The notes below the pieces were generated by a model. That model saw only the letters and a program-made list of their open reading frames with translations. It ran no database searches and had not been told where the DNA came from. 64,000 nucleotides of DNA from Minutocellus sp. GHC0000111 (lineage: Eukaryota), in contig OZ361261.1 in the NCBI GenBank assembly GCA_977018835.1, forward strand, positions 1,240,001-1,304,000, in the 5' to 3' direction. The translations under genes were made by a program, and so were the position numbers. Of this stretch, positions 35,899 through 47,400 are shown in pieces. Each line of letters opens with the position of its first letter. Position 1 is the stretch's first letter.

Positions 35899-37431
35899 TC
35901 ATAACGCTAATAAGTGTCGCCTGCCCTTTTCGCAAGGGTCGTGTCCCCAGTCATCCATAAGCTTTACAAACTCCTCCCGGCTTGATACAAATACATCTTC
36001 ACTTTCAATAAAGTACTCTGTGATCCATTTGGCAGCTTCCTTTCCAATTTTCACCAGCTCTTTCCGTACATCATCGTGTTCCTCATCACAAATATGGATG
36101 AGATGCTTCACTGCTTCCTTGTTGGAGAATTCGGCATACTTGTCCGCCGGTGGTACGTACGGTTGCAGATCCGTCAGAGGCTTATTCAACCCCAAAAAGT
36201 CATGAACATCCTTTGTAAAATTCTGAGCCGACGGATGGTTGTAAATGATTTGTCGCTGCTCCATGATGAACACCTTGTTGGGCATCGGATCGATGCTCAT
36301 ATCATGCTGTAGGAGGGCCTTCTCGTCCTTGGCTTTCATTGGTGTTTTGCCCAGACGAGACAATGCCCAATGAAAATGCGCCCGAACGGTGCACACATCC
36401 ATCTTCCCCGACGGACAGGACGTCATACACTTGGGTTTGTAAGGGTATCCCGGCTCGCATTCACCAATCAATTTGGTTGTCGGCCTTGCCACCATATGCG
36501 GGAAGTGATGATACTGCCGAAAGTTGAAGAAGGATTCGAACCACTTGACGGGATGACGGAGCGAGATGATAAACTTGGTCTGAGGAAAGTATTGGGCATA
36601 CCGACCCAGCGACCCTTCAATTTCCATTTCGGCGGGATTCTTCACCCCGTACAACCGCTTGGTCCCCTCGGCCACGTCGGCCTCGTGCGTCTTGTACATC
36701 ATCTTGACCATCTTGGCCGGCCCGTCCGGCTTGCGCATAAAGTGCACTTCGCCCTGATTGACCCACAGTTCCCCGCTGGACCGACCATTCTTGCGCAGAT
36801 AATTCATCATCCACGTCGTGCCGCATTTGGCAAATCCGGTAATGGCAAAGTCCAACATCCACGATACGTCGGTATGGACGTTGGTGCCGTCGGTAAGACT
36901 TGACAGGGAGGGGAATTTCGTCTCATGACGGCTGCTGGTCGGTCTCTGAGCAATCTCATCTGGTGCCTTGGCGCGGTTGCCATCGCGATCGTCCTGGCTG
37001 TTGCTGTTGCGGCTGGGCGTATCGTCTTGGTTGGGATTGGGCCGGTCGTCATCGTTGCCGAAATCGTCGTCATCGTCATTGTTGTCGAAGCTTTCCTTGT
37101 TGTCATCATTGTCATTATCATCTGCTCGACCGGACGCATCCTTCCAGTCTCCATCTTTCTTGCCATCTTTGGCCGGAGGTATTTTGTTCTTTAAATTCTT
37201 GGAACTTTTGCCCTTGGAACTCCCACGCTTGACACCGCTGGAATCCTTCTTTTTGCCTCCTCCTCTGGAACCGGCGACAGCAGAAGCATTGTCCGACGAG
37301 GAGGATGAATCCGAGGCAAATTTGATTCCCACAAAGGCTAGCGCAAGGAACACGGCCAATGCCTTGTAAAATTTTGACCGATTGGAAACACCGGCTGGTT
37401 GGAGCGGTTTGCTATTGTTGTAGTTGTACAT
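35899..37431 (-). CDS. Type II membrane sulfotransferase-like protein
   Basis: N-terminal TM helix; DFAITGFAKCGTT (5'-PSB loop) and LRHPVKWFES (3'-PB motif). Confidence 0.85.
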   Translation of the reverse strand: MYNYNNSKPLQPAGVSNRSKFYKALAVFLALAFVGIKFASDSSSSSDNASAVAGSRGGGKKKDSSGVKRGSSKGKSSKNLKNKIPPAKDGKKDGDWKDASGRADDNDNDDNKESFDNNDDDDDFGNDDDRPNPNQDDTPSRNSNSQDDRDGNRAKAPDEIAQRPTSSRHETKFPSLSSLTDGTNVHTDVSWMLDFAITGFAKCGTTWMMNYLRKNGRSSGELWVNQGEVHFMRKPDGPAKMVKMMYKTHEADVAEGTKRLYGVKNPAEMEIEGSLGRYAQYFPQTKFIISLRHPVKWFESFFNFRQYHHFPHMVARPTTKLIGECEPGYPYKPKCMTSCPSGKMDVCTVRAHFHWALSRLGKTPMKAKDEKALLQHDMSIDPMPNKVFIMEQRQIIYNHPSAQNFTKDVHDFLGLNKPLTDLQPYVPPADKYAEFSNKEAVKHLIHICDEEHDDVRKELVKIGKEAAKWITEYFIESEDVFVSSREEFVKLMDDWGHDPCEKGRRHLLAL

Positions 37432-37840
37432 TTGTGTCTTGGCTGTTGTTTGATATGCGGTTCGTTGTGGTGCTTACTGTTCCAATAACAGCTCGAGAGG
37501 ACCAATGCCAATGCTTTGAGTTGAGAGAGATGAAAGCTGGCTGGCGGGACCCCAAATTTTAGAGGGCACAAGTGTAAGTTGTGACCGGTACAAATCTCTT
37601 GCAAGACGATGCCTTAGCTCTCCCTCTTCCACACGCTCCTGCACCCCTTTCGAGAGCACTGCCGTGGAAGAATTGCCTGCCTTGGGCGTGTGGAACTGCT
37701 TTGGTATGATTTCACTTGGTGCGCGTTGTTTTTTGTTGTTGGCGGAATCGAATCGGAAAATTTGGGAGAAATTCGGTCTGTCCGTCGCTCTTCCAATTTG
37801 CTGCTCCGTACCCTCATGCATCATTCTTTTGTTGCCCTCC

Positions 37841-39472
37841 ATGGCGGCCCGCTCCTGCTACCGGCAACACCATCGGCGACGGCGCTATGCCTTGGCCTCT
37901 CTCACCTCTCTAGTGCTCGCCGAGGGAAATCATTGTGCAGCCTCGGGTCAGCGGCGAACATTTCGCCCTGGCAGCAGCGCTGCATTCGCCTACAATCCAT
38001 CTCCATTTGCGCAGTCGTCATCACGTGTTGCACCAGCAGTGCGGTTTTCCCGTTCTGCTAGCGCACTTTGCTCGACCTCTACCAGTATTCCAACCCCAGC
38101 AACTCATTCCACTTGTGCAGTATCAGCATCAGCAGAAATAGATGCGCTCACCAAGCACAAGGCCCTGTGGGATGAGTCCGAACCACTGTCCAAGGCACGG
38201 CGGAAACTCCAGCGACGGCATCGGTCCCTGTTTCAGCCCACCGACGACGCTGACCTGGCCCTGTTCAATGAGTTTTGTACCGTCCTCTGCGATACTGGCG
38301 TGATGCCTCGAAAGGAGATATTCGAAACGTGGTCGGCGGCACTGTACATACATGAGACATTTGGCCATGAAGTGCGGAGGGTGTGCGATGTAGCCGCTGG
38401 GCATTCGTTGTTGGCGTGGGCTCTACTCGTGCTGGACGATCATTCCAGTAATGACAAAGATAAAAATTCACTCACAGTCCTTTGCGTCGATCGAAGGATG
38501 CCGCCATCTGCCGAGGCGATACGGGTGGCCATGCTTGAAAAATGGCCACATCTGGAGGAACGATTTGATTTCGTCGAGGGCAGCCTGGAGCAAATGCAGC
38601 CCCATCCAAGCTGTTTGCTCGCAAGTGTCCATGCATGTGGAGGTCTCTCCGATATTCTCATCGCATCGGCCGCATCATCCAAGTCTCCGATTGCATTGGT
38701 GCCGTGCTGCCATACTCGCAAGAAGAAGGCTCTCTTGGGTGCGTCTGATTTTGCGAGGAAGGAGTACGATGCCATCATCGAGGCCGAGGAGGTGAAGGAT
38801 TTGACAACGATGCTCGACGAGGCGAGAGAAGCGGCGCTGAGAAATGCTGGGTTTGACATCTGCACGCAGTATCTCCCAAAGAGATTCACGTTGAAGAATA
38901 GAGTTATCATGGGAATGCCGAGAAATGGCAATCCACCTGATATCGCATCCACCAACGATGACACCGTAATGGCACCTGGACGAATGCCACCGATAGAAAT
39001 CGACATGTCTCTGGCCAAGGCAAACTTTCTCAGCAGATTTACAATACCCTGCGAAGATAGTGACGACGCAAGGCTGGTGATCAAAAAATTATCTGGCAAG
39101 GCAAACGCTGATCGGCGCAAGAAATCCCTCCATCGCAAGGGCAATGCAGAGACGCCGACTTATGATATTTCCTTTTGGTTGCCTGCTTCTGAAGGTGATG
39201 CAAAGACACAACAGCAGTGGGAGGAATCGCTATCGAAGTTTGCAAGCTCGATCCGAACAAACATTGCTTGCGAAGCGAAGCAAATTGGGGACGAATTTGT
39301 CAACTCAGCAGGAAGACGGGCGAGGGCATTTCGAATGAGCTATCAGTATGAAAATGAAAATGAAAATGAAAAGGAAGGCGACGACGAGCTGACAAACGAA
39401 AAAGCCAAGACAATTCACAGGGAGGTCTATGCGACTTTGCCAAGCGAATTTCCAGGGGCTGAGTGTCGGTGA
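37841..39472 (+). CDS. SAM-dependent methyltransferase fused to a C-terminal FDX-ACB-like anticodon-binding domain
   Basis: VCDVAAGHSLL, SVHACGGLSD, VPCCH; C-terminal YDISFWLP...RAFRMSYQ...LTNEKAKTIHREV...AECR. Confidence 0.8.
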   Translation: MAARSCYRQHHRRRRYALASLTSLVLAEGNHCAASGQRRTFRPGSSAAFAYNPSPFAQSSSRVAPAVRFSRSASALCSTSTSIPTPATHSTCAVSASAEIDALTKHKALWDESEPLSKARRKLQRRHRSLFQPTDDADLALFNEFCTVLCDTGVMPRKEIFETWSAALYIHETFGHEVRRVCDVAAGHSLLAWALLVLDDHSSNDKDKNSLTVLCVDRRMPPSAEAIRVAMLEKWPHLEERFDFVEGSLEQMQPHPSCLLASVHACGGLSDILIASAASSKSPIALVPCCHTRKKKALLGASDFARKEYDAIIEAEEVKDLTTMLDEAREAALRNAGFDICTQYLPKRFTLKNRVIMGMPRNGNPPDIASTNDDTVMAPGRMPPIEIDMSLAKANFLSRFTIPCEDSDDARLVIKKLSGKANADRRKKSLHRKGNAETPTYDISFWLPASEGDAKTQQQWEESLSKFASSIRTNIACEAKQIGDEFVNSAGRRARAFRMSYQYENENENEKEGDDELTNEKAKTIHREVYATLPSEFPGAECR

Positions 39473-39871
39473 TTTATCTACTAGTATACATTTAGTTGCA
39501 TTGTAGGATACGATGATGCACGATGCAATCAATAGATCTCTAGATCTAGATCTACCAGTAGATCTCTAGAGTCAATACTGTACACGTAACTTCCATTTTT
39601 CTGGGAGCCGGGCGGGTTCGCACACGTGGTTCGCATGAGTGGCGGGTTCGCACCTTTCTGCGCTGACTCAGCCAGCCAGGCTTCACTCCACACCACGTAA
39701 TTTTTGAGTGCCGCGACGGAACTCAAGCGATCGACCTGGAATCGCATCGAAGCGACGCAAGAGCACAGAGTGGTCTTGGATATATACTAGTATATACTCA
39801 TTGCAGCTCCTTTCATTTCTCGAGTCGGCTACTACGTAGCTAGGCACAAACTGCCTACTTTACCAGCCATC

Positions 39872-42405
39872 ATGTACCTCGCCGCCGCTGCTTCTGCTCT
39901 GCTGCTGCTGCCCTTCGCAGGAGCCGCCGCTGCCGCCGCGAATGGCGATCCAAGTACTAGTAGTAGGCCTATTACCACCGGCGCAACTGCTTCTAGTAGA
40001 TTCACTCTGCCCCCTCACCACCCCCCGCTCCAGCACCAGGAGCTCGTCCGGCAGTTCGCCGGCACGCTCCAGTGCCCGTACGCGGCCGAGTGGCTCACCA
40101 AGGGCCCCGAGCGGGCGTCCCGCGATCTGGCCGAACGCCACGGCGCAAGTGGCAGCCGTCGCCGTCGCAGCTTGGCGACGGCCAACGAGGTCGATGTCGA
40201 CGCCGGCACGTCGATGCCGCCGATGCCGACCGCCCTCTCCGGATCGTGCGCGTATCCCAACCAGTGGACCGGGGGCGAATCCTGCGTGGAGTACCGCGGC
40301 GCGGGTTGGGCGGAAGCGGACATGGTCGCATCGTGCGCTGCCCAGCCCGGAGGCGGCGGGACGCTGTCGGTCGGGTCCGAGGCCTCGCGCTACTGTCCCC
40401 TCCCCGCCGGGGGGCGACTCGCCGGCTGGTGCGTCAAGCGCAAGGAGGGGACGGTGGGTGCTGACACGACGATGGTCGAGGCCACGTCCATGGCGCTCAC
40501 CGGGGGTATGGGCTGCGAGGCGGTCGGAGGTGCCTGCACGTCGTTTGCCGGCGGCGATGCCTTCGTTCTCGACGGGGCATGCAAGAAGTCGAATACTGCC
40601 ACGAAGGATGAGGAGGGTGCTGTAACGGGCATGGACGAAATGTTCCAACCGCCTCCGTCCGAATCGTGGGGCGGAGGTGGAGGCGCAGGCGTTGGCGAGA
40701 AAAACGGTGATGCAAACACCTGCCAGATCGCTCCAGGACCAGCAGGGGCGGCCCACCAGGCGCCCTTCTCCTCCGGATATCGCACCGACTGCGCGGGAAC
40801 ACCCTCCGAATCTTCCCCGTACCAGTGGCCCCTCCGCTGGACGGCCGAGGTCGAGATGAAGTCCCTGTCGTACGAGTCCGATACCATCACCTACCTCAGC
40901 CAGAGCCGGGTTTGGTACCGTCTCGACAAAAACTGGAAGCGGATGGACAACTACCGCCAGAAGGGGGTGGTGCCGTTCTTTTCTCGAAGCACCGAGGACG
41001 AGGACTTTGTCGACCGGACCGAGCGCAACACCATGATCCACCGTGGGGGCAAGATGTATTTCATCACCTACCACAACGACACAGACAGCAGTACCTGCAG
41101 TACCAGTATCGGCACTACTGCAGCCAACCCAAACGACGACGTGGCCAACATCAAGACATGCAGCTGGCTCGACCTGGCCATCGTGGGCAACATCCGACCG
41201 GACTGGTTCCTCGATGCCCGGGGAGGTGCCACCGACGCGCAGTATCTCGGAAATCAGCACGTGTACTACCCCGGATCCGGCGGCAGCGCCGCCATCGACG
41301 GAAATGGGAACCTCGAAATTCTCACCGAGGCATCGCCCCGTCTGGTCAAGCAGTGGCGCAAGACCGACTTTGCCAACCAATACTTTACGCAATCCACCAA
41401 GGTCCACGTCGGTGACGACGGGGTTCACTGGCCACTCATCCTCAACGTCCCCGGAGAGGGATTAGGTGACGATCTCTTGCAGTACTATCAGAACCACGAG
41501 CTGCTCGACGAGGATTTTGTCGATCCCTTCCTTCTCGACGAGGCGTTCATCAAGGCCGGCGGAGAGTGTACCAACATGCGAGAAGGTCAGGAGGGAGGCG
41601 GTGGACCTCCGCAGATGGAGTACGTGCCGAGCAACTTGGAGAAGGACGAAAATGCCTGTGTGAGCAATGTCTGGACGGGAAGTCCGGTGTGGGAAGGACC
41701 TGCCAGGGACAATGAAAGCTTTGCCGCAGATGTCGCATCTGCCATTGTCGGCGAGCTGGCCACAACCGACGCCAGTCCGTCCACAAAAGTGACGTCGTGC
41801 TACAACGACGATACCAAAGCTGTTGAATTGTCCATCACATACTCCGACCTGTCCCCTTCTTCGGATGGGTCCCTGCCCTGGCTTGGCCTTTCCTTTCGCA
41901 AGGATGAAGAGTGTGTCATGACGCCACGCGATGGTAGCGACGCTGAGGTAGCACTCGTTCTGACCGATGAATTCGGCGCCTTGGTTCCCACCCATTTCCT
42001 TATGTCTTCCACAACTAAGAGCGGTGGAATGAGCGTCAGCTCTGGGAGGAATGGCGCTCCTTCCTTTCTTCCCTTGGAAGAGGTCGAAGTGATGTGAGTG
42101 TCTCGCATTCTGAGAACAAGGGCTCGGTGACTCTTGCATTCTCCAAAGCCGCCGAGTCCGCACCTGAGATTATGCACCTCACTTATGCAATTGGGTTGAC
42201 TGGTACTTTTGGATATCACAACGTTCGTACATGCTTCGACGTCGAAAATTTCCCCTCGTGTCCAACGGAGACGAAATCAAGCGTGAGAGACACTTCAATT
42301 GGCAATGCTCCGTCGTTTGATAGCTCCAGTGGTTATTCCACCTCTCTTTCTGTTTTTGCAGTAACTACCGTTGCTGTGATTTCTGGCATTTTTGGACTCT
42401 TCTAG
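39872..42405 (+). CDS. Secreted or surface protein: Cys-rich N-domain, ependymin/At4g14100-like core, DOMON-like domain, hydrophobic C-tail; apparent 1-nt deletion ~42090
   Basis: Signal peptide; VGNIRPDWFLD...QYLGNQHV...QWRK; WLGLSF...CVM...YAIG...GYH; Ser-rich spacer plus hydrophobic end in ORF 42094-42405. Confidence 0.7.
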
Positions 42406-42606
42406 CTAGCCAGAGAGATCGACATATTTTTTTCTTTTGCCTGCATTCTCTGCCGGGAGCGAAGATGAAGCCAACTAACTGCTGTTGGTTCATTATTGTA
42501 CATAAAAGTTACCGGTGAGGAGGATGGCCGATGAAAGACCTTTTTTTTTATAGATCTAGAGTCTAGATCTAGCAAGATCTAAGATTTTGGTACCGGCACA
42601 CACACG

Positions 42607-42722
42607 ACGAAGATGCCAGGACAATTCATAGGCAGATATAGGCGACTTTGTAGGGGCTGAGTGTCGGTGATGTACTGGAGTAGCATTAATTTTAACATCG
42701 ATCAATACAGCTGTACATGTAG
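42607..42722 (+). repeat. Degraded direct copy of the 3' end and flank of the 37841-39472 gene
   Basis: ACGAAGATGCCAGGACAATTCATAGG...GCGACTTTG..AGGGGCTGAGTGTCGGTGAT aligns with 39396-39473. Confidence 0.85.
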
Positions 42723-42885
42723 TTTGGTTGGTTGGGAGCTTCAACCCAAAGAAAGAAGACATGTGAATCTTCGTGAAGCACATAACGACAATACCGATGT
42801 CCTTATTCATAAGCGGGAATGATTGCTCTGAGTCCCGCCATAGCCAGTCCCAAACCGCGCCGCCGTTCATTTTTCACTTTCCACG

Positions 42886-44370
42886 ATGGCGTATCACCAG
42901 AACACTCCCTTAGCGACTGCGGTCCCAATTCCAGCCTCAGAGGCCGCTGGAGAGTATAGTCTCAGCCGAAAGTCTACCGATGTCGACGAATCAATGATCA
43001 GGGCTTTAAAGGGCCAAGGTTATACAAGAGGTAAGTCGACAAATCGGCGAATGACGTGGAACTGCTTCCATATCTTTCCTTCTTGTTCTCAATCCTACTT
43101 ATGCCGCTTTCATTCTCTACAATCCATCAGGCCTGGCAAAGTCGCTGGCGCAGAACAATGCAACATTTCCATTGAGAATATGGGTGGTAGATAATAGGTG
43201 AGATTTCTGATATGGTTGAGGCCCAAGATTCGGGATCTTTTGTTCGACATCCTGTACCAGTAGACATGTCTCCTGACTCCTGACCCAGATGTGGGCAGAC
43301 TGAACGATGAATGGCCACCAAATTCCTACCACGCATTATCCCCTCTCTGCCCATCGACGAATAGAGCTGTCTAAGCAATTTTCATGTGCTAACGCCATAT
43401 TTCTCTCCTTCTTCCTATCGGAACTCTCTCGTAACAGTGGGTCAATGCAACAGACCGATGACACAAGATCATATCCACTCTCAAGAAGGAGCATGTCAAG
43501 ATTGTTCCATGCAGTCGCTGGGAGGAGATTCGAGAGTGTGTAAACTATCACATTCAAATGGCAGCCCTTTTGCAGGCGCCCACTGCATTCCGATTGCTGA
43601 ATCATCCTGGTGCCGGCGCCGGAAGTCAAATGTTTAGTATTGCCGAGGCCGATGCTGCATCGATCCCCTCGGAAGTAGAGAAAGCCATGAGTATCATGCA
43701 GAGGGCCCGTCCAGGTGGCGTCACTCCTCTCAACTCGCACATTCTTTCGATACATCAGTCGGTCAATGCCATTGTGCCTCAGTTGCGTGCGGAAGGGAAG
43801 AAGGTGGCCATAATTCTAGCAACAGATGGGCTTCCAACCAATGAGCAGGGGTTGTACAATGATTATGTGAGGGAGCAATTCATATCATCTCTGAGACTTC
43901 TGGAGGGATTGCCAGTATGGGTGGTCATTCGGCTCTGCACAGATGAAAACGAAGTTGTTTCGTTCTACAATGACCTTGATGAGCAACTGGAGTTGTCGTT
44001 GGAAGTGTTGGACGATTTCTGTGGCGAAGCGGAAGAAGTCTATGAACACAATCCTTGGTTGAATTACAGTTTGCCGCTCCATAGAATTCGGGAGATGGGC
44101 TATCACGATCGGCTGTTCGACATGCTCGATGAGAGGCAGTTTACCAAATCGGAACTTCGAGAGTTTTGCTGCCTCATGTTTGGTTTCGATCAAATGGATT
44201 CGGTTCCCGATGCGGATGCCGACTGGCCGGGGTTTCTGCAGGCGATGGATCGGCTTGTTAATGCAGAGGAGCTTCAGTATGATCCAATGAAGAAGAAGCC
44301 CAAGCCAGTCGTTTGCACCAAGACTCTCAACAAAATGTATGGAGACGGATCTGCCTGCACAATAATGTGA
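42886..44370 (+). CDS. von Willebrand factor A-domain protein (introns 43031-43130, 43198-43437; apparent 1-nt deletion ~43460)
   Basis: Spliced WVVDNSGSM (MIDAS DxSxS), PGGVTPL, ILATDGLP. Confidence 0.8.
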
Positions 44371-44441
44371 TTATATGTAATTTTTAATTATTTAGTATCA
44401 GCTTTTCATAGTGCGCTTTATATCTTATCAATAGCTTAGCA

Positions 44442-47400
44442 TCATCCCATCTCGACATCGGTTCCGCTGTCAAATGTGAAATTACTGGCGCTAGCCGACA
44501 TTCTACTTTCTGAGTAATGCCCACTCAAGAAAGATGCAGAAGCCGCTGCACTGCTTGCTCGACCACGAGGTGATAGAGCAAAGCCGCTTGCACTGCCGTT
44601 GCCTGCCGCTGAAAGGAAGCTCTCGTCTTGAGAGGCATCGACCTCATCATCAAAGATTGGGTTGCTTTGCGGATAATGCAAGGATTCGTTGAGTGCTCTC
44701 ATGAGCATCTCGGAGCAGAATGGATCATCTGGCTTGCGGCTTAGCGACTGATGATAGGCCTCGATGGCACCGTCGAGGTCGCCGTTGAGGTGTCGGGTGA
44801 AGCCAAGCGCTGAATAAGATGAAGCCTTGCCAGGGCAGATTGATAGAGACTTCTCGAAGCAAGCCGCGGCTTCATCAAACATGCAGATCTTGCGATAACT
44901 CTGACCCAAATTGAAGATTGTAGGTTCCCAATAAGCATCGCGACAGAGCTGGATGCATTCGATATCGGATAGCTTACTTTTGCTCTTGGACCGAGGATGA
45001 TGAGGTGCATTGTGAGAACAAGGTGCATGATGAGAAAAGGTGGAAACATCCGCTGCTGCCGCATCCTTGGCGAATCGAACAGATGTCATCGGCGGGTTTC
45101 CAATCGATGGACGACCTCGGCCATGTGGGGTGTTCTCGGCATCGTTGTCTACTTCCATCTCATTGGCGCCGGTGTTCATCAGAGTGCTGCTGCCCACACC
45201 GGTCTCGTCACCTTCGCCTTCTCGATCAAGAGTCATCTCGGCAACGAGCCGAACTGCGTGGACAAAGCATGTCACAGCGTCGTCCCACTCGCCCTTGCGG
45301 TAGTGCAGGACGCCCATTTCACTACGAACAAGAGGATCGGTGTTGCCGGATACCCTCCATGCACTCTTCAGGAAGTGACTTGCTAGGCTGAGATGATTGG
45401 TTCGCACATATTCCATACCCATGTAGAGCAGAGGGTAGTGGTCTCCAGGATTTAGTCGGGAAGCTGCGCGGTAACTGGCCAGTGCCTGATCACTTTCGTC
45501 GCAGGCGGCAAAGGAACAGCCAAAGGCTATCCAGCACTCACTACTTCGAGGATCAAGCCTGGCCGCGCGGCAGAAGTGACGCTGGGCTAGGTCATACCTT
45601 CCGCATGCGTAGTAGTACGAACCGACCGCATACCAACTCTTGGCGGCCTTGGGGCTGGAATCGACGAGTCGATGGGCAAGCTGGAAGAGCGGGCGCTTGT
45701 ATCCCAGAGACGCCAGAGCCGAAATGTGAACGTAGGCGGCATTCTGACAGTACGGATCGGCCTTCTCCAAAAGCTGACAGTAGGACAATGTGAGAGGTAG
45801 ATCGTACTTGGCATATGCATGGATGGCTGCCAGTGAAAGAATCTCCGATGACGACGATAGGTCCGGGTGGGACGTCAACCGAACCAAGGAGCGATTTATT
45901 TCATCGGAGGGAGTCAAAGGCACGCGCGCATCCGCTGCCGGGGTGTTGGCAGCCGCTGCAGGCTTCCGATCATCTTCTCCTTGCTCTTCTACCGCCTTGA
46001 GCTGAGCAGGCGACATCATTTGCGACTCCTCGAGTTGAATGGAGCTCTCATCCATGGCATGACCACCCATGAAGGTGAGGTTGGGAGTTTGCTGCTGCAA
46101 AATGACATTCGGCGACGACAAAGTGGTATCCTTGTTCCCATTCGTCGCTGGCTGCACCGTTTCATCTTGATCTTGATCCATCTTGTCATTTTGACCATCA
46201 CAATCGCCATTTGCGGCGACATCATTTTCGTTGGGCTCATACCCCACAATCGCCGCGTCGGCGGGGGCAAAGCCAAGCTTGGCCAGGTACACGTCCCGCA
46301 AGAATTCGCCTCCCGGCACCCCATCGAAGCTGAGATTGAGAATCATGGACCGTTCCTGATCCTTGTCCATAATGCGCCGATGGAGGCAGTGGTCCAGCGC
46401 TTGGACGTTGCGCGGGTCGATCCGTAGGGCCGCCCGGAGGAAGGTGGCACTGCGCGTCGGGTTGCCAAATTCGTCGTGGACGATGCCCAGCAACACCGCC
46501 AGGCGGGAGATGGGATGGACGGCATTGATGAGCGCAGGTGGGACGTCGTCACCGACAGACCCGGCAGGTGGGCGGATGAGGTCGGCCAGCAGGTCCAACC
46601 GGGCATCATCTCCGTCCTCAATCTGATGAAAGACGAGGTGGGCGTCGAGGCCAAAGTAGTCCACCTCCTCGGCGTCCTTTCCTTGACCATTGCCGCCACC
46701 GGTACCGTTGCCGTCACCAGAAGTCGCCGACGACGACGATGATTGCTGCTGCTGCTGCTGCGATGCCTGCCGATGGCCCGGGGGCGGGTAGCAGCTGACC
46801 ACCTCCATGACGTTCAGGGCATCGTCCCACTCCCCGGCGGCGATCATGCACTCGGCCGCGAGGAGGGCCGCCTCGACCCGCAGGGCCGGAGATGATGATG
46901 CAGAAGCCTTGTGATCAATACCATTACCACCACCACTACCATTGTCACCATCGTCGGGAGTCACCGTCGGACGGGGATGGCCGAGCAATCCGGCCCCCTC
47001 GAGCATCCAAACGGCCCTCTTGCCCTCCCCATTCAGAGCCAACGCCCGCGCGTAGAGGTAGGCATCGCCCACGTGTTTGGTGCGGGCATACAGCAGCGAC
47101 CCAAAGAACACGGCGTTGGTTACCGACGATGCGGTGGGACAGTTGAGCGGGGAGGGGGGAATGACGTGCTGGAGGGTGGAGAGGAGGAGGGTCCGCAGAT
47201 GGTGGGTGGAGGTGGCATCCTGTCCGCTGGCGATGGCGACGGCCGAGAAGCCTCCGCCGTCGTGGGCGGTGGTACCATCGTGGGCGGTGGAGTAGGACGA
47301 GTACGACAGGTCGTGATGGTGGCTGCCATTGGGAACCGACGTGGATGTGCCGGCTCCTCCTACACCTCTGCCGATGCTGGCGTTGGCGTTGGGTATGGCC

